Positions 17,584-27,681 of a stretch of DNA of 64,000 nt are shown in pieces (within the stretch, counting starts at the first letter, position 1; every line of letters starts with the position of its first letter). The notes beneath the pieces were generated by a model, which made no database searches, was not told where the DNA came from, and was given only the letters and a program-made list of their open reading frames with translations. Source of the DNA: Patescibacteria group bacterium (GTDB lineage: Bacteria > Patescibacteriota > Patescibacteriia > Buchananbacterales > UBA6539); the NCBI GenBank assembly GCA_034003985.1, contig JAVEXP010000003.1, forward strand, positions 58,643 to 122,642, in the 5' to 3' direction. Both the position numbers and the translations under genes were made by a program.

Positions 17584-18054
17584 ATGTTTTTAACCGTCCA
17601 TACCGCCGCAGGCATTATTATCGGCGAAACCGTAGGCAATCCCTGGCTGGCTTTCCTCGCCGGCTTCATCTCTCATTTTATACTGGATGCCATTCCCCAC
17701 GGTGACAATACACTAATAACCAACCGACCTAAATTCGCCAAGAACACGATTGATCTGCTGGTTAAATTATTAATAATCGACCTGGGTTTTTTGGTTCTAA
17801 TTTTTGGCGCACTATATTTGGAAGGAGAAATTTTACTGACCTGGCCTTTGATAATGGCAGTTGCCGGCACGATCTTGCCCGATTTCATTCAAGGAGTATA
17901 TTTTTTAACCAAAACCAAAAAATTAGAGAAATATTTCGCTTTTCACGAAAGAATGCATACGGTTATGAATGGTCTGACCGTATCATTTAGAACCGGAATG
18001 ATAATTCAATTCTCCGTATTGATGATATTACTATTCATTATCTATTTGATTTGA
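17584..18054 (+). CDS. Membrane-bound metal-dependent hydrolase-like protein (YdjM/DUF457-like), paralog 2 (tandem duplicate)
   Basis: MFLTVHTAAGIIIG...SHFILDAIPHGDN...GTILPDFIQ is collinear with the upstream paralog. Confidence 0.4.
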   Translation: MFLTVHTAAGIIIGETVGNPWLAFLAGFISHFILDAIPHGDNTLITNRPKFAKNTIDLLVKLLIIDLGFLVLIFGALYLEGEILLTWPLIMAVAGTILPDFIQGVYFLTKTKKLEKYFAFHERMHTVMNGLTVSFRTGMIIQFSVLMILLFIIYLI

Positions 18055-18141
18055 AAAACCTGCATCACCCCACATCCCCACTTGGATATATATATAATAA
18101 AAAATGCCTGATTGCTCGGGCAAATTTTTATTATATATAAG

Positions 18142-19410
18142 TTAGATGTCTAAAATCTTGATGAATTCTTGTTTGTTCTTGAATGGGCCGATCAGAACCA
18201 AATTAAGATGTGATTTTTTAATCAGATCATTGGCTACCTGCAAAACCTGCTTTTTGCTGACGGCAAAAATTTTTTTCAAACGCTCTTCGGGAGAATCCAG
18301 ATTATTGAAAAATAATTTTTGCTTGGCATACCAATCGGCAATATGTTCGGAATCTTCCAGGTCCAAAACCATTTTACCTTTCAAAAATTCCTTGGCATTA
18401 TTAAGCTCTTTGGCACTGACGCCATGGTCTTTCAGCTTCCTTAATTCGGCCAAAATGACTTCAATGGCCTGTTTAATTCTGGCTTTATCAAGCCCGGCCT
18501 GAATCATCAAAGTACCGACATCTTCATAGGCGCTAACATCGGATTTAACGAAATAAGCCAATCCCCGGCGTTCGCGCACCTCTAAAAATAACCGCGAACT
18601 CATATTGCCTCCCAGGATAACCGACAGCAGATAAAGCGGATAAATTTTAGTGTTTTTAAAACTGTAGGCCAAAAAACCCAAGCCCAATTGAACTTGACTG
18701 CTGGATCGGTAAACCAAATTGAGCTGGGGCTTAGATTGATTAATTTTCAGCCGCTGATATGATCTGTTGGAATGACGAGTGCCAGAATAACTGAAATATT
18801 TGTCGGCCAATTGGGAAACTTGTCTTCGGGTAATATTGCCGGAAACTGCCAGTACCAAATTTTTAGCTTGATAAAAATTATTTTTAAAAGCCAAAATCTT
18901 TTGGCGACTAACCTTTTGGATTACTTCCTTGGGCCCGGAAATTAAACGACCAAGCGGGTGGTCACCAAAAACAGTTTGTTCAAAAATTGAAGCAAGCAGC
19001 AGTAGCGGATTGTCGTGGTACATATTAATTTCTTCAATAATCACTCCCCTTTCCTTATCAATTTCTTGACCGTCAAATTTGGAATTAAACAGCATATCGG
19101 ACAAAATATCAAAAGCTAATTCCAAATGTTCCCGGCTAACTTTGATGTAATAACCAGTATGGTCTTTGGCCGTAAAAGCGTTATACTCGGCGCCAACGGC
19201 ATCCAATTCCCTGGTCAAGTCCAAACTGGTGGGGCGCTTAACCGTACCCTTAAACATCAAATGCTCAATAAAGTGCGAAACCCCGTTAAGATCTTTTGAT
19301 TCATAACGAGAGCCAACCGGCACCAATACTAAAACCGTCACCGCTTTAGTTTCTTTAAGCGGCGCCGTAATAAGATTTAATCCGTTTTTTAGTTTAGTTT
19401 TTTTAACCAT
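18142..19410 (-). CDS. Zinc metallopeptidase, M16 (insulinase/pitrilysin) family
   Basis: The inverted zincin motif HFIEHLMFKGT (HxxEH) sits near the N-terminus of a 422-aa two-lobed protein. Confidence 0.8.
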   Translation of the reverse strand: MVKKTKLKNGLNLITAPLKETKAVTVLVLVPVGSRYESKDLNGVSHFIEHLMFKGTVKRPTSLDLTRELDAVGAEYNAFTAKDHTGYYIKVSREHLELAFDILSDMLFNSKFDGQEIDKERGVIIEEINMYHDNPLLLLASIFEQTVFGDHPLGRLISGPKEVIQKVSRQKILAFKNNFYQAKNLVLAVSGNITRRQVSQLADKYFSYSGTRHSNRSYQRLKINQSKPQLNLVYRSSSQVQLGLGFLAYSFKNTKIYPLYLLSVILGGNMSSRLFLEVRERRGLAYFVKSDVSAYEDVGTLMIQAGLDKARIKQAIEVILAELRKLKDHGVSAKELNNAKEFLKGKMVLDLEDSEHIADWYAKQKLFFNNLDSPEERLKKIFAVSKKQVLQVANDLIKKSHLNLVLIGPFKNKQEFIKILDI

Positions 19411-20788
19411 TAAGCTTGCCTAATAAGTAAGCGGCTAATTGGTCAACCTTAACCCGTTCCTGGCTCATGCTATCGCGATCGCGAACCGTGACGGATTTAT
19501 CGTTTAGAGTATCAAAATCAATGGTAATACAGTAAGGAGTGCCAATTTCGTCCTGGCGGCGATAGCGGCGACCAATACTTTGGGTTTCATCGTAAGTGAT
19601 GGAAAAATATTTGCGCAAATCGTCAGCAAGTTCCTTTGATAAATTAGTCAATTCTTCCTTCTTGGATAACGGCAAAACGGCTGCCTGATATGGCGCCAAA
19701 TCTTTTGGCAATTTCAAGACTACCCGGGTTTCGGTCTTGCCGTCTGCTGTTGGCGCCGCTTCTTCGGTAAAAGCTGAAACCAAAACGGCCAATAAGGTCC
19801 GGTCTACTCCCCAAGTAGGCTCAATCACATGGGGAATAAATTTTTCATTAGTCTTAGGATCGGTATAAGACAAGTCCTGACCGCTCAACTCGGCATGACT
19901 TTTTAAATCGTAATCAGTCCGGTAGGCCAAACCATAAAGTTCGTCCTGACCAAACGGAAACATAAAATCAATATCAACTGTCCGTTTTGAATAATGAGCC
20001 AACTCGTCTTTACCGATTTCCCGATAGACCACCGATTGCTGACTGATACCCAATGAATCAATCCAGGCTTTCATTTCATTAAGCCAATGCTCAAAATATT
20101 TTTCCCAATCTTGCTCCTTGATGAAATATTCAATTTCCATCTGCTCAAATTCCCTGGTACGAAAAGTAAAATTGCCGGGAGTAATTTCATTGCGAAAAGC
20201 CTTACCAATTTGAGCAATTCCAAAAGGAAAGCCGGTGCGGGTTGAATCAATGACATTTTTAAAATCGACAAACATCGCCTGAGCGGTCTCGGGCCGCAAG
20301 TAAGCCACCGCCGTATCGTCTTCCACTGGACCGACAAAAGTCTTAAACATCAAATTAAATTTCCGAACCGGCGTCAGCTCTCCCCCGCACTCCGGACATT
20401 CTTTCAATTCCTGAGGAGCTTCTTTCATTGTCCCTAAATCCGGTTTAATGCCCTTAACTTCCAGAAGATGGTCGGCGCGAAAGCGCTTTTTGCATTTTTT
20501 ACAATCAACCAACGGGTCGGTAAAATTTTTCAAATGGCCGGAAGCTTGCCAGACCTTGGGATTCATAATCAAAGCAGCATCAATTCCCACAATATCACAG
20601 CGGCCGTGAACAAACCGTCGCCACCACTTCCGTTTGATATTGTTTTTTAATTCAACGCCCAACGGGCCGTAATCCCAAGTATTAGCAAACCCGCCGTAAA
20701 TTTCGGAGGATGGATAAATAAACCCTCGCTGTTTAGTAAGGGAAATGATTTTATCCATCAGCTGATTGTCGATTATTTTTTTTGCCAT
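19403..20788 (-). CDS. glyQS: Glycine--tRNA ligase (dimeric GlyQS type)
   Basis: The N-terminus KQRGFIYPSSEIYGGFANTWDYGPLGVELKNNIKRKWW and the class II aaRS core with a C-terminal anticodon-binding domain are typical of alpha2 GlyRS. 461 aa. Confidence 0.9.
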   Translation of the reverse strand: MAKKIIDNQLMDKIISLTKQRGFIYPSSEIYGGFANTWDYGPLGVELKNNIKRKWWRRFVHGRCDIVGIDAALIMNPKVWQASGHLKNFTDPLVDCKKCKKRFRADHLLEVKGIKPDLGTMKEAPQELKECPECGGELTPVRKFNLMFKTFVGPVEDDTAVAYLRPETAQAMFVDFKNVIDSTRTGFPFGIAQIGKAFRNEITPGNFTFRTREFEQMEIEYFIKEQDWEKYFEHWLNEMKAWIDSLGISQQSVVYREIGKDELAHYSKRTVDIDFMFPFGQDELYGLAYRTDYDLKSHAELSGQDLSYTDPKTNEKFIPHVIEPTWGVDRTLLAVLVSAFTEEAAPTADGKTETRVVLKLPKDLAPYQAAVLPLSKKEELTNLSKELADDLRKYFSITYDETQSIGRRYRRQDEIGTPYCITIDFDTLNDKSVTVRDRDSMSQERVKVDQLAAYLLGKLNG

Positions 20789-20836
20789 AGACCAAGCTTA
20801 ACTTAAAACGACTTTTTTTTCAAGGCCTAATTCTGA

Positions 20837-21400
20837 CTAGATTAAAAAATTCACAACTACGGCGCTAACCACCGCCACGGTAATATTGTCGTCAATTTTT
20901 AACGGCAAACTTTCGGCGATGGCCGCGACAACCGCCGTTTTAAAGCTGACGCTAACAAGCTGGCTGGTGACCAAAATTGGATCAAACCATTTGAGCACCA
21001 CCCCCGCGCCGAGGGCGCCAAAAACGACAAAGGCCAAGCTGCCAGCATAACTCTTGGTTAAATTCCAAGGCAACTTTCTAGTCTTGAAATTACGGCCGAT
21101 CAAAGTGGCCATGCCGTCGCCCAAAGCCAAAATACCCCAACTTACAGCCACCACTTTCAGGGGAAAAATTAAAATCAAAGTCAACAAAACCAAAAAATAA
21201 GTCACCGCGCCGTTACGGTATTGTTTTTCGAAATGGCGATAGAAGTGAGAACGAATTTTCAAACGAGGAAAAATGAATAATACCAGCACCAGTAAAAAAA
21301 TTAAAATTAAAAGCGACTGGAAAACCGACAAAAATTTTAAGACAAAGGCCAGGCCAAATAGCAGAATATGAACGGCTTGTCGCTTGGTTTCATTATGCAT
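20837..21400 (-). CDS. CTP-dependent polyprenol/dolichol kinase-like integral membrane protein (SEC59/VTE5/CTP_transf_1-like)
   Basis: A polytopic membrane protein with ILALGDGMATLIGRNFKTRKLP, matching the GDGxA...GRxxG motif of phytol/dolichol kinases. Confidence 0.45.
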   Translation of the reverse strand: MHNETKRQAVHILLFGLAFVLKFLSVFQSLLILIFLLVLVLFIFPRLKIRSHFYRHFEKQYRNGAVTYFLVLLTLILIFPLKVVAVSWGILALGDGMATLIGRNFKTRKLPWNLTKSYAGSLAFVVFGALGAGVVLKWFDPILVTSQLVSVSFKTAVVAAIAESLPLKIDDNITVAVVSAVVVNFLI

Positions 21401-21403
21401 AAA

Positions 21404-24400
21404 TTATCCAAAGATGCTGGGTGAAGGTTTATCTTTTGAGGCGGGTTTGTCTTTGGGCGACTCGGATGAAACACCGGGCGTTTCCGGCTTGGTTGCCGAT
21501 TCAACTTGGCCTGGTTTAACCGTCGGGGTTTGAGTTAAAGTTTGATCCTGACCCAAAGATTCGATTTTCTGGTCAAGGGTCTTGGCAATATCCTCAACCT
21601 GATCTTCCAGGCCATCAAGATCTTCCTGGCGTTCATCAATTTCTTCATGCAACTCATCCAACTGTCTTTTGGTCTTGAGCAGCTCTTCCAATGATTCACG
21701 GCCAACACCGCTACTTAAACTATCTACCCGTTTGGCCAAATCTTGGTCGGCTACTGGTTCAGTCGAACTCTCTGGTGCAAGCGGTTTAGATATTAAAGAT
21801 ACTGAAGACAAATTGGCCGACTGACCAATCTTTGGTTGGACACTGGTCTCTGGTTGATAACCTGTCGATTCCGTCGAAACGACAGTCGGCGTACTCGGAG
21901 CTGACGGCTGAACCAGGTCTTGACCTTTTTCCAAAGGAATATCTAAACCAATAACGGTTTCACGATCTTTGCTCACTAAATTAACATCAGCGGTCTGGCC
22001 TTTCCGATAGCCCGGCTTTTCGGCGGTAACATAATAAACATTATTATTAACCAAAAAGGAATAGCGGCCGCGGTTATCGGTTACCCGGGTCTCTAAAAGT
22101 TTGTTGTATTGCTTGTCATAAATACGGGCAATGGCGCGCGCCAATGGTTTTTTGGTTGCCCGATCATAAACAATACCCCAATTCTTGGGTGGCCGTTCAT
22201 AGCCCAAACGACGAAACAAAACATAAAGCAAGCAGTGAACGCCAAACAAACTAAAAGTCAGCGGACCGGGGCTGACAACCATTGAAATAGCCGCCAGCGG
22301 TACGGCGGTAAAAGCCGCGGCATATTGAATCTTGCGCAAATAATGCTGAATAATAATCCGAAAAACCGGCTTTTCGCTGACCTGCGGGTCAATTGGAATG
22401 TTGACGGTAATATCGGCCCGGGCAGTGGTAACTTCCACCACCTCGCCATGATAAACATCAAGATAAGTGACATCTTCTTTAACATCCTTCAGATATTGCG
22501 TCGGAAAATCAAACTTCGGCTTAGTTACGGTCAAATAGTAACGGCCTGGTTCGGTCAAAAAACTGTAGCGCCCCTGTTTATCAGTTACCCGGGACTGAAT
22601 CAACCGACCGTTTTCTTTGTTGTAAAGACGAACAATCGCCAAATCAACCGGCTGTTTGGTCAAGGCATTGTAAACCACTCCCCACTTCCGCCGTTTTTTT
22701 CTGAATAATGCAGCAAACGGCTGGGTGATAAAAAATTGAAGATAAGAAAAGAAATTGATGAAAGAAAAAGTGGCAAAAGTATTAACGGCAACAGCCGTAA
22801 CGACTACCGGCGCCACCACCTCGTTGGCCTGTTCGACTAGCGGGTTATCAAAAACCTCCTCTTCCAAAAATGCCTGAATATTGACAATCACTTCGGTTAA
22901 ATTCAGCTCGTTGTTGTCTTGAGGGCTTTCACAGCCCGGATCAGCTGGAAAATCAACCAATGAATCCTGATCGTTATCCAACCCATCAACGCAAGCTGAA
23001 AGTCTTAGTGAAAAATCCGGCGGAATGCCGCAGTCGACAGCACAAGACCAGTTAGTCTCAACTTCTTCGCAAACTCGATTGCCACAGCAAGGAATGGTAG
23101 CCAAACAGCTGCAACTACTGACATCAAGATACTGACAAGTACCGCAAGCCAACTCGCAACCGGCCAGACAGGAACGCGAAACCGGCGGTTTACCCAAATC
23201 CAAACCACAGCCGTTCAAATCGGAAACGGTTCTGGTTTGAACGCCGTTGATACACTCGCTCCAGGCCGTAACGGTCCAATTTGGGGTACAAATCACCACG
23301 CAATCCGCAGGACAATTATCATGATTTTCCGTCAATTCACAGACACCATTGCCACAAAACGGCACAATGTCTTCACAAATACACTGATCCAAATTGATCT
23401 GCTGACCGCTGCCACAAGTCAAGCCTTGGCAAACATCGCCACAGCTGCGGGTTAACGCCGGCTGATTGATCGGAATCGGACAGGCATTGCGGTCAAAACA
23501 ATCCCGCGCCTGAATGCCAGACGGCGGACAAACCGCCGGCTGCCAGTCAGTACACTGCCAATCGGACAGACAACTGACTGAACAATCCTGAGGACAAGTA
23601 TAAGGATCTTCCAGTGGCGGTTCACAAACACCATTGCCACATTGCGAAGGAATTGGTTGGCAAGAACAATTCTGGGGATTTAACTGAAAATTGGGAGGGC
23701 AAGTCACTCCGGCACAAGCGTCACAACCGATGGTCTCTTCGGGCAAGGGTTGATCGTTCCAGCAATTATTAATTTTTTGGCAGCTGCGAGTCTTTTGATT
23801 ATTGACACAAGGAACCTGATCCCAATCCGCGGGAGTACAAAGCCATTCGGCTTGACAGGGACAATCAGGGTCAGCAATGTCAACAAAGCCGTCGGCATCA
23901 TCATCAATGCCGTTGGAACAATTTTCAACCGCTCCCAAGGTCTGAAAGGAGCCGGTAACTGAATCTTGAGCGCTGGCCGCGACAGCGGTAATCCGATAAT
24001 AATGAACAGTCGATGACTGCAAACCAATAATATTATAACTGAAATTTTGACCAGTTAAACCGCTAACCGAACCATCACTGACCGAAACATTGGTCCCCCA
24101 TTCCAAAGTCGAATCAGCCACTTGGCAAGCCACGACCCAGCTGACAGTAGCCGAATTGGTAGTCGGCGTGGCCAAAACATTAGTAATATTTAATTCCCGC
24201 CGGCAGGTACTGGAACAACAATCACCGGAGACCAAGTTACCGTCGTCGCATTCTTCACCGGCTTCGACAATGCCGTTGCCGCAGCCAACTTCCACTTGGC
24301 AGATAGCCGAACAGCCGTCACCGGAAACCAAATTGCCGTCGTCGCATTCTTCACCGGCTTCGACAATGCCGTTGCCACAAGCCACGCTGATGCAAGGTTG

Positions 24401-25243
24401 AGTGCCGGAAATAACATTACAACCATCAGTACAGACAAACGAACGCTGGTTATTAATACATTCACCATAACTGCAAACTTGGTCACCGGGAATGCATTCT
24501 CCTTTGTTGTGAGCCAAATAATCCTGGGCATAATAATTATGATTGCCACCAACTTCCAAGTTGTAGACATCAACTTCAAGAACTTGCGGGATGATGCTGA
24601 CAATCGGCACAATTCGACCGTCTTTAGTCAGCAAATTATCGCCGAGCTTGGCAAAACCAATCGGCTGCCACTGACCATTAATGTAAAATGGATGATTGGG
24701 AGTTACTTTGATTTCATCATTGATAATCAGGTAACCACCGGTCTGATGCTTAAAAATTTGAGTAACCAAACGATTTTCCTGTCGGCCGGTGGTTTCATTA
24801 TAGGAAACCACCACATCACCTACTTCAACATCTTCAATGTTTTTGGTCACACCGCCGGCCAAAGCAATGTCAGTATCGCCCAAGAAACAAGCCGGCGCGC
24901 CGCAAACGCAATTGACGCAAGATGCGCCACCACTACAATCAGCGTCACTCTCACATTCTTCCGCTAAACTGATCGGGTTTTTGCAAATGGCGTCACAATA
25001 AGTGCCATTTTGAATGGAGCCGTCACCACAACTTTCCGTCAAAGTATTGCCATCGTCACAAGACTCGCCGGCATCAACATTACCGTCGCCGCAAGCTGGG
25101 CCGACATTAAGATTGGGCACTTCGGCGCTGACATTAACATTGGCGGCAAAAACCGTCGACAAACTGAAATTAATAAAAAACAAGCCAAAACTAAGGCTCA
25201 GAAAAAAACTAAAAATAAAATATTTTTTGGCCATTGACTTCAT
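21404..25243 (-). CDS. Giant (1279-aa) secreted Cys-rich surface protein: signal peptide, Myxococcus-type cysteine-rich repeats (CGDG/CGNG...E.CDDGN), a bacterial intein-like (Hint/BIL) domain, an Fn3-like domain, further Cys-rich modules, two TM segments each followed by a CarboxypepD_reg-like beta-sandwich, and a coiled-coil/ST-rich tail
   Basis: The signal peptide is [26 protein letters not shown]. The Cys-rich repeats read [16 protein letters not shown] and 2x [21 protein letters not shown]. The Hint domain spans residues 119-246 (nt 24506-24889): CFLGDTDI (block A), VTPNHPFYI (block B), [21 protein letters not shown] (blocks F/G), followed by Lys rather than C/S/T. The CarboxypepD_reg-like segments read [41 protein letters not shown] and [41 protein letters not shown]. 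Confidence 0.75.
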   Translation of the reverse strand: MKSMAKKYFIFSFFLSLSFGLFFINFSLSTVFAANVNVSAEVPNLNVGPACGDGNVDAGESCDDGNTLTESCGDGSIQNGTYCDAICKNPISLAEECESDADCSGGASCVNCVCGAPACFLGDTDIALAGGVTKNIEDVEVGDVVVSYNETTGRQENRLVTQIFKHQTGGYLIINDEIKVTPNHPFYINGQWQPIGFAKLGDNLLTKDGRIVPIVSIIPQVLEVDVYNLEVGGNHNYYAQDYLAHNKGECIPGDQVCSYGECINNQRSFVCTDGCNVISGTQPCISVACGNGIVEAGEECDDGNLVSGDGCSAICQVEVGCGNGIVEAGEECDDGNLVSGDCCSSTCRRELNITNVLATPTTNSATVSWVVACQVADSTLEWGTNVSVSDGSVSGLTGQNFSYNIIGLQSSTVHYYRITAVAASAQDSVTGSFQTLGAVENCSNGIDDDADGFVDIADPDCPCQAEWLCTPADWDQVPCVNNQKTRSCQKINNCWNDQPLPEETIGCDACAGVTCPPNFQLNPQNCSCQPIPSQCGNGVCEPPLEDPYTCPQDCSVSCLSDWQCTDWQPAVCPPSGIQARDCFDRNACPIPINQPALTRSCGDVCQGLTCGSGQQINLDQCICEDIVPFCGNGVCELTENHDNCPADCVVICTPNWTVTAWSECINGVQTRTVSDLNGCGLDLGKPPVSRSCLAGCELACGTCQYLDVSSCSCLATIPCCGNRVCEEVETNWSCAVDCGIPPDFSLRLSACVDGLDNDQDSLVDFPADPGCESPQDNNELNLTEVIVNIQAFLEEEVFDNPLVEQANEVVAPVVVTAVAVNTFATFSFINFFSYLQFFITQPFAALFRKKRRKWGVVYNALTKQPVDLAIVRLYNKENGRLIQSRVTDKQGRYSFLTEPGRYYLTVTKPKFDFPTQYLKDVKEDVTYLDVYHGEVVEVTTARADITVNIPIDPQVSEKPVFRIIIQHYLRKIQYAAAFTAVPLAAISMVVSPGPLTFSLFGVHCLLYVLFRRLGYERPPKNWGIVYDRATKKPLARAIARIYDKQYNKLLETRVTDNRGRYSFLVNNNVYYVTAEKPGYRKGQTADVNLVSKDRETVIGLDIPLEKGQDLVQPSAPSTPTVVSTESTGYQPETSVQPKIGQSANLSSVSLISKPLAPESSTEPVADQDLAKRVDSLSSGVGRESLEELLKTKRQLDELHEEIDERQEDLDGLEDQVEDIAKTLDQKIESLGQDQTLTQTPTVKPGQVESATKPETPGVSSESPKDKPASKDKPSPSIFG
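24188..24379. repeat. Two tandem ~96-bp near-identical repeats inside the giant gene, encoding duplicated Cys-rich modules
   Basis: Unit 1 encodes [32 protein letters not shown] and unit 2 encodes [27 protein letters not shown]. At the DNA level, accggagaccaagttaccgtcgtcgcattcttcaccggcttcgacaatgccgttgcc repeats with about four substitutions. Confidence 0.8.
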
Positions 25244-26193
25244 GATCGCTTGCTTGGCTGATGTTTTATTTTTTTAATTTTCTTATTAAGACAAAGAAAA
25301 ACAATCAAACCAACCAGCAGCAGTAAGACCACGGAAAGCAAGCGCCAAGGGATAAACCAAAAATCAACAGTCCGGACAACCGGCTCGGCTGAACCATAAG
25401 CAAATGTTAAACTGGCCTGAATTTTTCCTACTGCCAAATATTCAAACTCCTGCTTGGCACTCAACCAAAAATTTTGCCAAGCCGAACCGGCAAAACCACT
25501 ACCCCAAGCCACCTCAAACCGTCTGACCGTATCCGGCAAAACGGCTTTATGATCGGGATTAAGCGGCAAGCTGGCCAATTGTCCAAACCACCCGCGCAGT
25601 TCAATCACGCCAGTCGGACGCTGATGGATATTGCCGTTATTGGCAAACCGCACCAAAAAATTAAGCGGCAGCTCCCAAAAAATATTTTTAGCCTCAGCCG
25701 GGGCGAAATCCAAAACTTCACCGCTCTCGACCAAATCGCCCTCGACTTTCAAAAAAATCAGCGTTCCAACTTTACTATTTACCGCCAAGGAATCGACTTG
25801 TTTATCCGGAGATTGCTGCCAAAAAATAACAGCGTAATAACCGCCTGGAACGGCCTTGGCGGGGATAGAGACGGTAAACGGCACAATTGCCACCTGACGG
25901 GGCTGTAACAGAATTGAATCGGTTGGAACGGTAAACCAGTCAAGATATAATCGCCGCTGATCAGGTGGCAAATAAATCGGCGTACCGACTTCATCACTAC
26001 TGGTAAAAGCTTCAATACTGGAAACCAAAACTAAATCCTCATCAGTCTCGTTATATAATTTAACAACCCCCTGAAGTGTTTCGCCGGGCGCACCGGTCAA
26101 TTCAACCACCGGCGAAAAAACCGTCGCGGCCCAAACCGGGGTGGCCAGTAACCAAGAACCAAAAATAATGGAAAATAAAAAAAACTTTTTCAT
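25240..26193 (-). CDS. Cell-surface protein with DUF916/DUF3324-like architecture: signal peptide, ~280-aa ectodomain, C-terminal TM anchor and a basic tail
   Basis: Signal peptide MKKFFLFSIIFGSWLLATPVWA and C-terminal anchor LLSVVLLLLVGLIVFLCLNKKIKKIKHQ. The size and topology match the CscA-like DUF916 proteins of WxL surface clusters. Confidence 0.45.
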   Translation of the reverse strand: MKKFFLFSIIFGSWLLATPVWAATVFSPVVELTGAPGETLQGVVKLYNETDEDLVLVSSIEAFTSSDEVGTPIYLPPDQRRLYLDWFTVPTDSILLQPRQVAIVPFTVSIPAKAVPGGYYAVIFWQQSPDKQVDSLAVNSKVGTLIFLKVEGDLVESGEVLDFAPAEAKNIFWELPLNFLVRFANNGNIHQRPTGVIELRGWFGQLASLPLNPDHKAVLPDTVRRFEVAWGSGFAGSAWQNFWLSAKQEFEYLAVGKIQASLTFAYGSAEPVVRTVDFWFIPWRLLSVVLLLLVGLIVFLCLNKKIKKIKHQPSKRS

Positions 26194-26199
26194 GACGGA

Positions 26200-26922
26200 T
26201 TAAAAATTAGCAGTAGCCGCGAAAGTTAAAGTAGTTGAATAATTGCCTTGAGCAGTAGCCGTTGAGACATTGGCAATGTAAGAAATCGTAAAAGTCGTTT
26301 GGTTGACTAAGCTGGATGCCGAAGCCACCACATCACCGCTGTTAAAGGCAAATTGGTCGGCAGTATCATAGGGACTAGCTGCCGCGCCGATTGGTGCGCT
26401 GCCCGAAGGGTCCGCACCGATAGACGGCGCATTGTTGGCCACCAAGTTGATGCCAAACTGTTCGGCACCAATCGTGCTAGGCGAGGCTGTTGCGCCGATC
26501 GCTGCGATAGTATTAACACCGCTGGTCAAAGTCGAACCGCTAACGGTGACGGCGAAACCATTGGTGGCATTGGTATTAATAATCATGGTGTGACTGTCAC
26601 TTTTAGTGGCCGAGTCGCTTAAAGTACCCAAATCAACAGCCGGGTCAGGAATGGCAAAACTCAAAAATTCACCAGGATACATTTCCTGAAAGCCAACTTT
26701 GGCGCCATAATTTGCCGAGGTTGAAGTAGCCGACAAAATAATGGCTTCGCCAATGGTATCATGAAGCGAATAAGTATCCGAGGTACTGGTGGACAAACCA
26801 CCAGAACTAAAAACATCGGCATAAATTACATAATTGTCACTTTCCATGCGCGCCCAAATATTTAACGGACACAACAAGGCCCCAAGACTTAAAAACAAAA
26901 AATAGGTTAAAAATTTGTTCAT
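26200..26922 (-). CDS. Small secreted Ser/Thr/Ala-rich beta-rich protein (possible fibre or WxL-like partner of the surface cluster)
   Basis: Signal peptide MNKFLTYFLFLSLGALLCPLNIWA. The mature 215 aa are low-complexity and S/T/A/G-rich, ending TTLTFAATANF. There is no catalytic motif. Confidence 0.35.
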   Translation of the reverse strand: MNKFLTYFLFLSLGALLCPLNIWARMESDNYVIYADVFSSGGLSTSTSDTYSLHDTIGEAIILSATSTSANYGAKVGFQEMYPGEFLSFAIPDPAVDLGTLSDSATKSDSHTMIINTNATNGFAVTVSGSTLTSGVNTIAAIGATASPSTIGAEQFGINLVANNAPSIGADPSGSAPIGAAASPYDTADQFAFNSGDVVASASSLVNQTTFTISYIANVSTATAQGNYSTTLTFAATANF

Positions 26923-27020
26923 AAATTAATTAAGTTACTGTTGATATTATACTAAAATTTTGACTTTAAATCAAAATGACCCCGCCATAGGCGGGGTCAT
27001 TAAAAATTTAACTGAAACGA

Positions 27021-27572
27021 TTACTGAGCGGCTGAATTTTTCTGACTGTTAACATAGTCATTAATCGCTTGGACAACCCGCGAGTCGTCTTTCAAATCTT
27101 CCATAATCACCACATGATCACGATTAATCACCATTTCATCGCGCGGGCCATGAAGTTCATTACCCAGCTTGATTAAGGTTAAACGCTGCTGGGTTTCCTG
27201 ATTGGTAGTATCTCCTTCCTGGCTGCGTTGCAAAGGCTGGGTTACCACCTGCAAATAATAGATATCGGTTAAAACCACCAAGTCATTGGTAATTTTGTCG
27301 ACTTTACCGAAATAAACCTGACCATTAGTCAGAAATACTGCCTGCCACTGGGCCCGCAGGCTGGAACCACCGGGTAACCAATTGCTACCAACTCCGGTAT
27401 AGCTGGCGATCAAATAGATACCGCCGCCGATAATTACTAAAACGACAATTAAAGTTACTAAACCTTTGAGCCAGGAGCCGCCGGTTTCTTGACCCGGTCG
27501 TTTGGCAACTGGAGTGGTACTTGAAGATTGATCCATAGTTTTTAAATTTTTTGGTGGCACGGGATAAGCCAT
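27021..27572 (-). CDS. Hypothetical single-pass membrane protein (N-in; ~120-aa extracytoplasmic domain)
   Basis: TM helix LVTLIVVLVIIGGGIYLIASY. No recognisable motif. First gene of the minus-strand surface cluster. Confidence 0.4.
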   Translation of the reverse strand: MAYPVPPKNLKTMDQSSSTTPVAKRPGQETGGSWLKGLVTLIVVLVIIGGGIYLIASYTGVGSNWLPGGSSLRAQWQAVFLTNGQVYFGKVDKITNDLVVLTDIYYLQVVTQPLQRSQEGDTTNQETQQRLTLIKLGNELHGPRDEMVINRDHVVIMEDLKDDSRVVQAINDYVNSQKNSAAQ

Positions 27573-27681
27573 GTTTACCTCCTTAGAATTATAATGTTGG
27601 GAATCTAGTCATTCCCAGCTAATTAAATATTTAATATTTTGATTATACAGGTAAATTAATAACTTGAAAAGCCCTGACCGA

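Noticed and set aside
24506-24889. Calling the Hint domain a true self-splicing intein
   Set aside because: The residue following the terminal HN is Lys rather than Cys/Ser/Thr, and the host protein is an extracellular mosaic, not a conserved enzyme. A BIL-type, non-splicing Hint domain is the better fit.
22258-25277. Numerous 60-220-aa ORFs in both strands inside the giant surface-protein gene (e.g. 24296..24967 +, 24190..24612 -)
   Set aside because: They are nested within a continuous 1279-codon ORF with a signal peptide and multiple recognisable domains. Repeat-rich, Cys-codon-rich DNA yields long spurious alternative frames.
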